Below, piece after piece: positions 9,301 through 17,330 of a DNA stretch of 34,174 bases. Below the pieces are notes generated by a model. The model worked only from the letters and a program-made list of their open reading frames with translations. It did not search any database and had not been told where the DNA came from. Origin of the DNA: an uncultured bacterium (lineage in GTDB: Bacteria > Eisenbacteria > RBG-16-71-46); assembly GCA_964554725.1 (NCBI GenBank), contig CAZKQE010000002.1, forward strand, positions 1 through 34,174, written 5' to 3'. Made by a program: the position numbers and the translations under genes. Position 1 is the first letter of the stretch, and each line of letters opens with the position of its first letter.

Positions 9301-9858
9301 CCCGAGCGGCGGCACCGCGCGGGTGGCGATCACCACCCGCACGCGGGGCGGCAGGTGGCGCAGCAGCGTGTCCATGAACGCGACCACCTGGGGATTGCCG
9401 GCCACCTCCTGGAAATCGTCGAGGACCAGCAGGTGGGGCGGGCCCTTGAGCGCGGCCAGCTCGTTGGCGAGCGTGCCGGCCAGCATCTCGGCCGAGTGCA
9501 GCCCCGGGCGGGCCTCCTCGAGCGCGACGTGGAAGTCCCGCCCGAAGCGCGGGTGCTCGCGCCGGAACCCCTCGAGCAGGTAGCGGCCGAACACGACCGG
9601 GTCGGCGTCGGAGCCCATCAGGGAGTACCACACGACCGGTCGCGCCACCGCCCGGGCGTAGCCGGCGAGCAGCGTGGTCTTGCCGTAGCCGGCATCGGCG
9701 ACCACCAGCGTCAGCGGGCGGTCGCCGTGGTCGATCAGGGCCCGGATGAGATGCGGCCGATCGAGGACGTGGGCGCCGGGGTTCGGCCGGCTCAGCTTGG
9801 CCCGCAGCAGCGGGTGCTCCCCGGCCGGCCGGCGCAGGACGTGACGTTTCAAGGGCAC
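6400..9858 (-). CDS. STAND-class transcriptional regulator: MalT-like P-loop NTPase + TPR array + C-terminal SARP module (OmpR-type winged helix + BTAD)
   Basis: The N-terminus resembles MalT: KLSRPNPGAHVLDRPHLIRAL...LTLVVADAGYGKTTLLAGYA (Walker A) and HLLVLDDFQ (Walker B). The middle has TPR-like repeats. The C-terminus is LVLHGPPHLQVEGRPVP...QRAFHLLVFLALHP...ALLEHFWPG...FYRL followed by BTAD-like FLEGIYGPWAEDLQARARD...AIAEYDKLKGLLRAELGVEPLPET. GTG start at 9858, TAA stop at 6400. Confidence 0.85.
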   Translation of the reverse strand: MPLKRHVLRRPAGEHPLLRAKLSRPNPGAHVLDRPHLIRALIDHGDRPLTLVVADAGYGKTTLLAGYARAVARPVVWYSLMGSDADPVVFGRYLLEGFRREHPRFGRDFHVALEEARPGLHSAEMLAGTLANELAALKGPPHLLVLDDFQEVAGNPQVVAFMDTLLRHLPPRVRVVIATRAVPPLGLERMRARGDVFELDSSHLRLGREELARLFAEVYRRPLVDEALDALDRTTLGWPTAVHLVFESLRRSDRATLEEVLADFHASNLELHDYLSSEVYARLDPGARRMLERTAALTRFDADLASTLAGRDRDARGLLESLARRGLLRTFGTGTQASYECHDLVRRFIRQEIEGAGGPGAWRDLEADSAAALAARGEPERALRHFLAAGRGTDAVGLLRDLAPRLLAQGRAAALLQYLDDLPGEAVRSDAALAVALADARQALGRWDEAEGLYQEVLGRCRESADRAHECLALIGLGKVFNLRGRYEQVLGMAERGLALAQDLGLDVRARLMQMKAGAHFYLGQYRAAVRVLDEVRAMLPAAAEPELLLPILHNLAGAYAAQGRFHEASREFRAALSQVRGTASPRAPLYLSNLAFHLAELGELAEARRAAEEGLLAAQRFSNRALETSCHEALAQILAQGGDLDGALAALKRAEELNAELRMEVIALDLLVLRGRIFCARGQYRRAVEFLSQAIERLTGRPDAPQLTEYRATLAWCELRAGRVRVARDLLQSLVARADAGENDFQRMRVHYWLGESRHAMGDRRSVDAHLAQALRLVRERGYLYFLRVQAREEPAPLLYALARGIETEVASAALVEAGVAIEDALLQTLAEAPPSAAEAVVALLGEVGGRAAHEAFERLGATRRSLRPALRTARRHIAERLARGAAADEQVEARVPRLVLHGPPHLQVEGRPVPASAWRAQRAFHLLVFLALHPRGAAKDALLEHFWPGRQLAAGRRNFHPTLSYVRGVLGRAKEPAILREGEFYRLNPAFPMACDAWEVDRAIEEARSARDPDARRHALERASALASAPFLEGIYGPWAEDLQARARDRMEKLHLDLGAACAGAGDHEAALAAFRRAAELDEFREATRLAMMEAMVALGQRRAAIAEYDKLKGLLRAELGVEPLPETARAVQRLLAVPARQPERLATSV

Positions 9859-10018
9859 GAGGGTTCCCGGTCGCGCGGCGTCCCCTGCGCCGGGTCCGGG
9901 GGGAGGCCCGCCCGACCCGCCCGGCGGCCGGCGCGACGGCGGCCGCGGGACTCAAGCCTAACAGACCCGAAGTCCCCCCCGACACGATTTCCCAACGGAG
10001 CCTTGGACATCGGCTTGC

Positions 10019-10048
10019 GCGGGCCCCCACCGGGCGTGGGGGGCCCGC
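10019..10048. other. GC-rich hairpin in the divergent control region
   Basis: GCGGGCCCCCAC (10019-10030), loop CGGGC, GTGGGGGGCCCGC (10036-10048). A 12-bp stem with one bulged G. Confidence 0.4.
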
Positions 10049-10060
10049 GACGGGACCCAG

Positions 10061-10092
10061 TCAAGCCCCGGTCAAGCGGCTGAGGTCAGGGT
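10061..10092 (+). promoter_or_regulatory. SARP-type promoter architecture: TCAAGCC-CCGG-TCAAGCG, 8 nt, CAGGGT, upstream of the 999-aa S8 protease and divergent from the regulator
   Basis: Heptads at 10061-10067 and 10072-10078 (11-bp period). GCTGAGGT is at 10079-10086 and CAGGGT at 10087-10092. The 15-mer TCAAGCCCCGGTCAA is identical to 27754-27740 on the minus strand. Confidence 0.55.
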
Positions 10093-10164
10093 CGTGCGCG
10101 TCCCCGCGGGGCGAGCCTACGGCGTCCCGCCCTGTCCCCTGGCATTCGAAAGGAGCCGACGACC

Positions 10165-13164
10165 ATGTCCCAGACCCTCCGGCGTTCCCTCCTCAGGACC
10201 GCGGGTCTCGTCGCGGTCCTGTGCCTGCCGGCGCCCCGCGGCGCCGCGGCGTACGTGGATCAGAACCTCAACCGCATCGACGACCGGATCGAGCAGGTGA
10301 ACCTGAACGGCTGGAACGCCGCCTTCGTGGGCGGCGACCCGGGCGGTCGCATGGCGATCGGCGTCTCGAATCCCGGCGCGATCGTCTACGCGGTCTACGT
10401 CGGCTACGACCACAAGCCGACCGCGCTCGACGAGCTGGCGCTGGCCGGCACCGGGGTCGCGATGGTGTGGCCGTTCCAGAACATCGACTACATCGAGTCC
10501 CGCGCCACCTGGGCCCAGATCCAGCTGATCGCCGCCCTGCCGGGCGTGGCGCGGATCGAGGCGATCCCGGTCGAGTACGCCCTCAACCACTACGGCTCCC
10601 GGGTGGTCCGGGCCCGCGACTCGCGCGGCCTCACGGCGGCCGACAACTACGCCCTGTTCCCGAGCGCCCGGCAGGAGCTGGGCCTCGACGGCACCGGGAT
10701 CGTCATCGCGATCCTCGACACCGGGGTCAACGACGATCTCGACCAGGTGAACCCGGGGTACCCGGGACACGAGGGGCTGCAGGGCAAGTTCCTCGGCGGC
10801 GGCGAGTTCTGGTGCGGCCAGCCCGAGTGCTCGACCCCGGCGGGCGGCAGCTCGAACCCGCAGGACCATGGCGGCGAGGCCTCCAGCTACCACGCCACCC
10901 ACGTGGCCGGCACCGCGATGGGGACCGGCGGCCCGGGCGGCTACTTCTCGGGCGTCGCCCCGGGGGCGCGCCTGGTGGACTGCAAGGTCCTCTCGGACGC
11001 CGGCGCGAGCGTCGGCGGCAGCACGCGCGGGCTCGACTGGTGCATCTCGAACCGCAACCGGCTGTGGCCCGGCCTGCTGCCGGGGAGCATCTGGCAGGGG
11101 ATCGACGTGGTCAACATGTCGCTCGGCTCGACCGAGTGCGCGACCGGCGAGGGCACCAGCACCGGGTCGGGCGCCTCGAGCGCGGCCGTCAACGCCGCCG
11201 TGGATGTCGGGATCGTGGTGGTCATCGCCACCGGCAACGACGACGCGATCGACTGCATCTCCTCGCCGGCGGCGGCCGACAAGTCCATCGCGGTCGGCGC
11301 CTCGAGCCACGCCCGCACGCTGAAGCGGAACGACGATCAGGTCACCACCTTCTCGAACGAGGGCCGGCGCGACGACGACGGCGACGCCGACCACACGGAC
11401 GAGATGAAGCCCAGCGTGGTGGCCCCCGGGGCCGGGATCATCTCGGCGAGCGGCGACGTCACCACCGACGGCAGCGCCTACTCGCAGCTCTCCGGCACCA
11501 GCATGGCCTCCCCGCACATCGCCGGCTGCGTCGCGCTGCTCCTGCAGGCGAATCCCGCGCTCGCGCCGCTCCAGGTGCGGTCGATCCTGCAGAACACCGC
11601 GGAGCACGACATCCCGACCGCGAAGGCCAGCGGCGACCGCGGCCAGAACCACTTCGGCATCGACATCAACTACGACCCGAGCTGCGGCTGGGGCCTGGCC
11701 GACGTCTACGCCGCCGCCAAGGAGGCGCTCGACAGCGCCTCCGGCGTCCAGGTCGTGCAGATCGGCGCCACCGCGCTGCCCGCGCAGGGCCGTATCGACT
11801 TCCGCTGGGTGACGCAGCGCGAGTACCCGTTCCTGGGCTTCCACGTCCATCGGGCCCCCGACGTGAACGGGGTCCCCGGCGCGTTCACGCGACTCACCAC
11901 GCTCCCCATCACGCCCACCGGGGACCCGGTCATCGAGAACGACGACAACCGGACGCCCTACGTCTATCCCGACAGCGACCCGTCGCTGGTGCTCGGCCAG
12001 CGCTACTGGTACCAGGTCGAGTGGGTGGACCTGCTGGCGACCGGGCACCTCGAGCCGCCGGTGCCGGTCGAGTTCGGCACGCTCGCCCGCGTCGCGACCG
12101 CCTTCTACTCGATCGCCCACAACGCGGTGGACAACGACCTGCTGGTGCGGCTCGGCAGCGACCTCAACTACGCCCCGGGCTCGCTGGGACAGAGCGACTA
12201 CGAGGTCCTCGGCCCCGGCGAGACCCAGCAGGACAGCGCGCGGGTGGTGCTGGACCCGGCGGTGCCGCCCAACACCGGCACCTCGACGTTCGGCACGATC
12301 GACCACTTCTGGTCGGTCGGCTTCAACCAGGGCGACGGCGCCGAGGCCTACCTGCCGCCCTCGCCGGCGACCCCGTGGTTCCTGCACGTCACCGACGCCG
12401 GGTTCGTGAACCGCACCGGGCGCGTCACCTCGTTCTCGCTGTTCGTGAACGACTTCCCCGGCAGCCCCGGCGGCAGCACCTACGTCACCGACCACCTGCC
12501 GATGCCCCAGCCCACCGGGGAGTTCGGCCTGACACCGGCGATCCTGTGGATCCCCGAGGCGCAGCCGACGGCTTCGGTGGTCGCCACGTTCCGCGCGTCG
12601 GGGGAGGATGGGGCCATCCGCATCCAGCTCGACCTCGCCCACGAGTCGCCCGGCGCGCGGGCCAGCGTGTTCCGCTCGCGCTCGATCGAGTTCGCGACCC
12701 GGGAGGCCCTCACCGCCGAGCCGCTGCCGTTCGAGCGCACGGCGTTCGTCTACCACGACGACGCGGTCGAGCCGGGGACGACCTATCACTACTGGGTGCA
12801 GGTCCACGACCCGGACGGCACCTCGTTCATGAACGGTCCGGTTAGCGCGACCGCCGGCACCGGCTCGCGGGTGACGTTCGCGGCCCCGCCGCGGCCCAAT
12901 CCCGCCTCGCACGGCGCGTCGTTCGCCTACCGGATCGGCACCGACGTGGCGGCCGGCGGACCGGTCGCGGTCTCGCTGCGGCTCTACGACCTGCAGGGGC
13001 GCGAGGTGAGCGTGCTGCGCGACGGGACCGAGCGCGCCGGCGAGCACCGCGTCGACTGGGACGGCACCGACCGGTACGGACGCCGGCTCGCCGCCGGCGT
13101 GTACCTGGTGCGCTTCCGCGCCGGCAGCGTGGCCCGCACCCACTCGCTGGTGGTCGTCGACTGA
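10165..13164 (+). CDS. Secreted subtilisin-like serine protease (peptidase S8) with P-domain-like region and FlgD-Ig/T9SS-type C-terminal domain; paralog of the 886-aa protease
   Basis: AAGGAG SD before the ATG at 10165. Signal peptide MSQTLRRSLLRTAGLVAVLCLPAPRGAAA. Triad motifs IVIAILDTGVNDD, YHATHVAGTAMG and SGTSMASPHIAGCVALLL. The N-terminus YVDQNLNRIDDRIEQVNLNGW parallels FIWDQDEDRIDDRIETVHVLGY of the 886-aa protease. C-terminus PNPASHGASFAY...LRLYDLQGREV...GVYLVRFRAGSVARTHSLVVVD. Confidence 0.92.
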   Translation: MSQTLRRSLLRTAGLVAVLCLPAPRGAAAYVDQNLNRIDDRIEQVNLNGWNAAFVGGDPGGRMAIGVSNPGAIVYAVYVGYDHKPTALDELALAGTGVAMVWPFQNIDYIESRATWAQIQLIAALPGVARIEAIPVEYALNHYGSRVVRARDSRGLTAADNYALFPSARQELGLDGTGIVIAILDTGVNDDLDQVNPGYPGHEGLQGKFLGGGEFWCGQPECSTPAGGSSNPQDHGGEASSYHATHVAGTAMGTGGPGGYFSGVAPGARLVDCKVLSDAGASVGGSTRGLDWCISNRNRLWPGLLPGSIWQGIDVVNMSLGSTECATGEGTSTGSGASSAAVNAAVDVGIVVVIATGNDDAIDCISSPAAADKSIAVGASSHARTLKRNDDQVTTFSNEGRRDDDGDADHTDEMKPSVVAPGAGIISASGDVTTDGSAYSQLSGTSMASPHIAGCVALLLQANPALAPLQVRSILQNTAEHDIPTAKASGDRGQNHFGIDINYDPSCGWGLADVYAAAKEALDSASGVQVVQIGATALPAQGRIDFRWVTQREYPFLGFHVHRAPDVNGVPGAFTRLTTLPITPTGDPVIENDDNRTPYVYPDSDPSLVLGQRYWYQVEWVDLLATGHLEPPVPVEFGTLARVATAFYSIAHNAVDNDLLVRLGSDLNYAPGSLGQSDYEVLGPGETQQDSARVVLDPAVPPNTGTSTFGTIDHFWSVGFNQGDGAEAYLPPSPATPWFLHVTDAGFVNRTGRVTSFSLFVNDFPGSPGGSTYVTDHLPMPQPTGEFGLTPAILWIPEAQPTASVVATFRASGEDGAIRIQLDLAHESPGARASVFRSRSIEFATREALTAEPLPFERTAFVYHDDAVEPGTTYHYWVQVHDPDGTSFMNGPVSATAGTGSRVTFAAPPRPNPASHGASFAYRIGTDVAAGGPVAVSLRLYDLQGREVSVLRDGTERAGEHRVDWDGTDRYGRRLAAGVYLVRFRAGSVARTHSLVVVD

Positions 13165-13302
13165 ATCGACCCGCGCCCAACCGGGGGAAGGGGACAACCC
13201 GGGGCCGGCGCGGACCGGGGCCGGCGCCCGTCGCGGCCGGCCCTGTCGAGTTCGCCGGCGCGGCCGGCCCGGACCCGTACCCGACGCTCGAGGAGGCATG
13301 CG

Positions 13303-13851
13303 ATGTCACGTGACCGAGGTAGGATGGAACGGCCCGGGACGCCCCCGGCCGTGGTGATGGCCGCGCTGCTGCTGTGCGCGGGCGCCGGCGTCGTGGGGGC
13401 CGCGGGCCCCGGTGTGACGACGGGCGCGGGCGCCCGCTGCGAGGCCGCCGTCCGGCACCCGATCGAGGTGCGCGTGCGCCCGCTCGACCCGGTGCGCCGC
13501 GGGGCGACCGTGCGGCTCGAGGTGCGCGCGTCCGCGCGGGTGCCGCTCACCGGCGCCGAGATCCGGCTGGCGTCGTCGGGAGGCGCGGTCCTCGCGAGCG
13601 CCCCGCGGCTGGCGCTCGGCCGGATGGCTCCCGAACGCGAGGCCGCCGGCACCTTCGCGGTCGCCGTGCCGCCGCAGGGCCACCGCTTCCTGGTCCAGTT
13701 CCTCGTCACCGGCGAGGGCCCGCGCGGCGTCCTGACGCGGGGCGCCGTCTACAACCTGCTGCCGGACGGACCGCAGGACGCCGGCCGCGAGGTGACCACG
13801 TCCGGCGGCGAGCGGGTGATCGAGTTCGCCGCCATGCGGAGCGGGCGATGA
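13303..13851 (+). CDS. Small secreted protein of unknown function, translationally coupled to the downstream metalloprotease
   Basis: GAGGAGG (13290-13296) lies 6 nt before the ATG at 13303. Hydrophobic signal segment AVVMAALLLCAGAGVVGAAG. The beta-rich body has high GC3. Its TGA (13849-13851) overlaps the ATG (13848-13850) of the next gene as ATGA. Confidence 0.65.
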   Translation: MSRDRGRMERPGTPPAVVMAALLLCAGAGVVGAAGPGVTTGAGARCEAAVRHPIEVRVRPLDPVRRGATVRLEVRASARVPLTGAEIRLASSGGAVLASAPRLALGRMAPEREAAGTFAVAVPPQGHRFLVQFLVTGEGPRGVLTRGAVYNLLPDGPQDAGREVTTSGGERVIEFAAMRSGR

Positions 13852-16800
13852 ACCGCCGCCTGCTCGCCCTCGCGCTGGCGACGCTCGCGCTCGCCGGCCC
13901 GCTCGCCACCGGGGCGCTCGCCTTCGTCGTGAGCGGGCGCTTCCTCTACGAGGACCGGCGCTACGACGGCCAGGGGTACACCGGCGCGGCGCAGGAGCTG
14001 CCGATCCGCCGCGCGCGGGTCGAGGTCGTGAACGCCGTCACCCAGCAGACGCTGGCGACCGGCGCCACCGACGGCGACGGCCGGTACGCGCTCTCCGTGA
14101 CCGGCCAGACGCTGCCGCTCAATCTCTACGTCCGCTGCGCCACCGACGGCCGGAGCCACGCCCCCGCCTACCAGATCCGGGTGGTGGACAACTTCTTCCG
14201 CGTACCCGCCGTCGGCCTCGACCTGACCGCGTCCATGCTGTACGCGATCACCACCGACGTCACGGTGGCGCACGACCCGGCCTCGGACCTGGACGCGGGC
14301 ACGTTCGTGACCCGCGATCTGGACGGCACCGGCGTGGCGCAGGCCTTCAACATCTTCGACAACGGCGTGGACTTCTTCGACTGGATGGCGCGGCCCGGGC
14401 TGCTGGGGCGCCTGCCGGACGCCACCGAGTTCATCGTCTTCGGGTGGAAGGCCACCGGGACCCCGGGCAACCCGCCGCCGGCGTTCGGCTCCAACTACTC
14501 CCAGCAGGGCGTCTTCATCGGCGCCAGTCCCGGCGAGGACACCGACGGCTGGTCCGACACCGTCATCCTGCACGAGACCGGGCACTGGCTCGACGACGTG
14601 TTCCTCGCCTCCGACAACCCGGGCGGCGCCCACTTCATCGGCGACAACGACGCCAACGTGCTGCTCGCGTACGGCGAGGGGGCGGCGACCTATCACTGTG
14701 CCAAGGTGCGCGAGCTGCGGGCGCTCACCCGCGTGAACCTGCTCGCGCAGCCGGTGGACGACCTGGTCAGCCTCTATGCCGATCTGCTGATCCCGCCGCC
14801 GCTGGGGACACCGGGGGCGCTCTCGTTCTCGTACGACTTCGAGACCGGGACCTTCGCGAACACCGGGGCGCCGATCGGTCAGATCGGATCGGCGAACGAG
14901 ACCAACGTCACCTCGGCGCTGTGGGACCTCCTCGACGGCCCCGGCACCCCGGACGCGACGCCGGGCAGCGACGACGACCCGGTCGAGGTGGGCGACCAGG
15001 TCGCCTGGGACATCGAGCGCAACTACCTGCACACCCTGCCGCCGGCCGAATACGTGACGGTCGAGGACTACTACCAGGGCTGGTTCGCGCGCAACGGAGC
15101 CGGGTATCTCCAGTCGGGGCTCGACCACATCTTCGTCACCCTGGCGGGGATGCCGTTCGCCGCGGACGCCTTCGAGCCCGACGACACGCCGGCCGCCGCG
15201 CACACGATCGTCCCGCTCCCCCACGCGCTGGCCGCCGGCCGCGTGGTGATCAACGAGATCGAGCTGGGCGCCGCCGACGCGGTCGAGCTCTACAACGGGT
15301 CGCCCGACGTGGTGGAGCTCGGCGGGTGGCAGCTCCAGGTCTACGCGAACTCCGCGGATGCCGGCGCGCCGCAGATCTACACCTTCCCCCCGTTCACCCT
15401 GAACCCGGGCGAGGTCGCGGTGCTCCACGAGGGCGGCCTCCCGACCGCCAACGGCCGCATCCACCTGTACGCCGGCGACCGGCAGGTGTTCAACGCCGCC
15501 TGGAACCACGGCATCGACGGGGCGGTCGTGCTGCGGAACGGGCAGGGTCAGGCGGTGGACTTCGTACGCTGGCGCGGACTCGACGCGAACCAGCAGCCCT
15601 ACGAGAACAACACCCCGGTGCCCGCCGGGGTCGCGTACTCCGGCACGCTCGACACGCCGCTGGCGCCGCAGACGATCGCGCGCGACCTCCACGGGACCGA
15701 CAGCGACGACGCCGCCGACTTCCAGGGACACGACGGGTCGCTGGGCGCGGCGAACCACCCGGCGCCCGAGACCCACACGATCTTCGCGGTCGGCGACCGG
15801 GACGTGTTCGCGTTCGTCGCGACCGCGGGCAGCCGCTACGGGTTCGAGGCGCAGGGACCCTACAGCGCCAGCGACCCGCGCATCGAGATCGTCTCGGCGG
15901 CCGGCGAGCCGCTGGGCGGCAACGACGACGCCGACACGCCGGTGCGGGACGCGCGTCTCGACTTCTACGCCGCCGCCGCCGGGACCTACTACCTGCGGGT
16001 CTCGCACACCGGCCCGTTCACGGACTGGGCCGAGTACCGCCTGCTCGCGTTCGTGCGCCCGGTGAGCGCCGCGTTCGCGCCGCCGGGCGGGATGACGGCG
16101 ACCGCGGCGAACGCGCAGGACACCGGCGACGCGGTGGAGCTGCAGTGGGTGAACGCCGCCGCCTACGACTCGGTGCGCGTCTACCGCGACGGCGAGCGCC
16201 TCGCCGCGCTGCCGGGAACGCCGGGCGCGTACACGGACCACGCGGACCGCGGGCTCCACCGATACGAGGTGGCCGGGGTGCTGGCGGGGGCCGAGACCGG
16301 GCGGGCGTCCGACCACGAGTTCGCCGGGGTCGTGCGCTGCCACGCCGAGGACGACTTCGAAAGCGGGAGCGCGGCGGACTGGATCCGCGACGGCGGCAGC
16401 TGGGACGTGACGCCCTTCGCGCACAGCGGCGCGTTCGGGTTCACCGACAGCCCCGCCGGCACCTATCAGGGCTGCCCGCCCGAGGTGAGCGAGTGCCCCC
16501 ACAACGCCGTGGCGATGTTCGCGGTGCCGAGCGTGCCGGTGAGCGGCGCGACGCTGCGCTGGGACCAGATCTGCGTCACCGAGCACTGCGAGCCCACCCC
16601 GTGCGACGTGTGTATCGTCGAGGTGTCGGGCGACGGCGGGACGACCTGGACGGAGATCGCGCGCTACGACCAGGCCTCGGACCCGGCGTGGGCCGACAAC
16701 GTCGCCGACCCCACCGACTGGCGGCCCGCCGAGGCGAGCCTCGCCGCGGTGGCGGGCCAGCAGGCCCTGATCCGCTTCCGGCTGCAGAGCGACCAGCTGC

Positions 16801-17171
16801 TGGAACTGGACGGCTGGTACGTGGACAACGTGCGGGTGGGCGACGCCTCCTGCGAGCTGGTCTCGGCCGGCGACCCCGCCCGGCCGGCGGCGCTCGAGTT
16901 CCTGCCCGCGTGGCCCAACCCCGCGCGCGGCCCGACGCGGCTCTCGTGGACCCTGCCGGCGCCCGAGGAGCGCGTGGACCTGGCGATCCACGACGTGAGC
17001 GGACGGCTGGTGCGGCTCGAGCGCCTGGGCCCGCAGGCCGCGGGCGTCCACGGATGGAGCTGGGACGGCCGCGACGCGCGCGGGCGGACGACCCCGGCCG
17101 GCGCCTACTTCGTGCGGCTGCTCGCCGGACGACACACGCTGCACCGCCGGCTGGTGCGGCTGGCGCCCTGA
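13848..17171 (+). CDS. Large secreted multidomain zinc metalloprotease (HExxH) with lamin-tail domain, PPC-like and MAM/jelly-roll-like domains, and FlgD-Ig/T9SS-type C-terminal domain
   Basis: In frame with track ORF 13374..17171, started at the ATG at 13848. Signal peptide MNRRLLALALATLALAGPLATGALA. Carboxypeptidase-regulatory-like RARVEVVNAVTQQTLATGATDGDGRYAL. Zinc motif VILHETGHWLDD. LTD-like VVINEIELGAADAVELYNGSPDVVELGGWQLQVY...VVLRNGQGQAVDFVRW. PPC-like DRDVFAFVATAGSRYGFEA...GTYYLRVSH. C-terminus WPNPARGPTRLSWTLP...LAIHDVSGRLV...GAYFVRLLAGRHTLHRRLVRLAP. Confidence 0.85.
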   Translation: MNRRLLALALATLALAGPLATGALAFVVSGRFLYEDRRYDGQGYTGAAQELPIRRARVEVVNAVTQQTLATGATDGDGRYALSVTGQTLPLNLYVRCATDGRSHAPAYQIRVVDNFFRVPAVGLDLTASMLYAITTDVTVAHDPASDLDAGTFVTRDLDGTGVAQAFNIFDNGVDFFDWMARPGLLGRLPDATEFIVFGWKATGTPGNPPPAFGSNYSQQGVFIGASPGEDTDGWSDTVILHETGHWLDDVFLASDNPGGAHFIGDNDANVLLAYGEGAATYHCAKVRELRALTRVNLLAQPVDDLVSLYADLLIPPPLGTPGALSFSYDFETGTFANTGAPIGQIGSANETNVTSALWDLLDGPGTPDATPGSDDDPVEVGDQVAWDIERNYLHTLPPAEYVTVEDYYQGWFARNGAGYLQSGLDHIFVTLAGMPFAADAFEPDDTPAAAHTIVPLPHALAAGRVVINEIELGAADAVELYNGSPDVVELGGWQLQVYANSADAGAPQIYTFPPFTLNPGEVAVLHEGGLPTANGRIHLYAGDRQVFNAAWNHGIDGAVVLRNGQGQAVDFVRWRGLDANQQPYENNTPVPAGVAYSGTLDTPLAPQTIARDLHGTDSDDAADFQGHDGSLGAANHPAPETHTIFAVGDRDVFAFVATAGSRYGFEAQGPYSASDPRIEIVSAAGEPLGGNDDADTPVRDARLDFYAAAAGTYYLRVSHTGPFTDWAEYRLLAFVRPVSAAFAPPGGMTATAANAQDTGDAVELQWVNAAAYDSVRVYRDGERLAALPGTPGAYTDHADRGLHRYEVAGVLAGAETGRASDHEFAGVVRCHAEDDFESGSAADWIRDGGSWDVTPFAHSGAFGFTDSPAGTYQGCPPEVSECPHNAVAMFAVPSVPVSGATLRWDQICVTEHCEPTPCDVCIVEVSGDGGTTWTEIARYDQASDPAWADNVADPTDWRPAEASLAAVAGQQALIRFRLQSDQLLELDGWYVDNVRVGDASCELVSAGDPARPAALEFLPAWPNPARGPTRLSWTLPAPEERVDLAIHDVSGRLVRLERLGPQAAGVHGWSWDGRDARGRTTPAGAYFVRLLAGRHTLHRRLVRLAP

Positions 17172-17179
17172 GCGCGGCG

Positions 17180-17210
17180 ACGGGGCGCCGGCGCACGGCC
17201 GGCGCCCCGT
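17180..17210. terminator. GC-rich hairpin directly after the metalloprotease stop, between convergent genes
   Basis: ACGGGGCGCCGGC (17180-17192), loop GCACG, GCCGGCGCCCCGT (17198-17210). Perfect 13-bp stem. Confidence 0.6.
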
Positions 17211-17330
17211 GACACGCGGTCGGAGCGGACGAACTCGCGGCGGACCGCGGTGGTCAGCGGGCGGCCCGACGCGCAGGGCGCGGCGGCGGCCGACTTCCCC
17301 GTCGCCGCGCCCCCTCCCGGGTGGGCCCGG

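Noticed and set aside
3640-10083. 2147-aa ORF on the plus strand, the longest in the window
   Set aside because: It runs antisense to two genes with unambiguous catalytic or domain motifs, the S8 protease and the STAND regulator. Its product is Arg/Gly/Ala/Pro/Asp-rich low complexity with no recognisable motif. Stop-free antisense frames are expected at this GC content.
13198-13232. The direct repeat CCGGGGCCGGCGC x2 after the 999-aa protease stop, considered as a regulatory repeat
   Set aside because: It is a short, extremely GC-rich low-complexity sequence that could arise by chance in this genome. At most it is a weak terminator hairpin (GGCGC/GCGCC). No SARP-type TCAAG boxes are present upstream of 13303.
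10117-13299. 1060-aa minus-strand ORF, and the 874-aa plus-strand ORF at 10221..12845
   Set aside because: They are the antisense and the off-frame of the 999-aa S8 protease, whose D/H/S triad motifs are clear. Both have Arg/Gly/Pro-rich junk composition.
13749-17144. 1131-aa minus-strand ORF, and the 922-aa plus-strand ORF at 14444..17212
   Set aside because: They are the antisense and the off-frame of the metalloprotease gene. No motifs and low-complexity composition.
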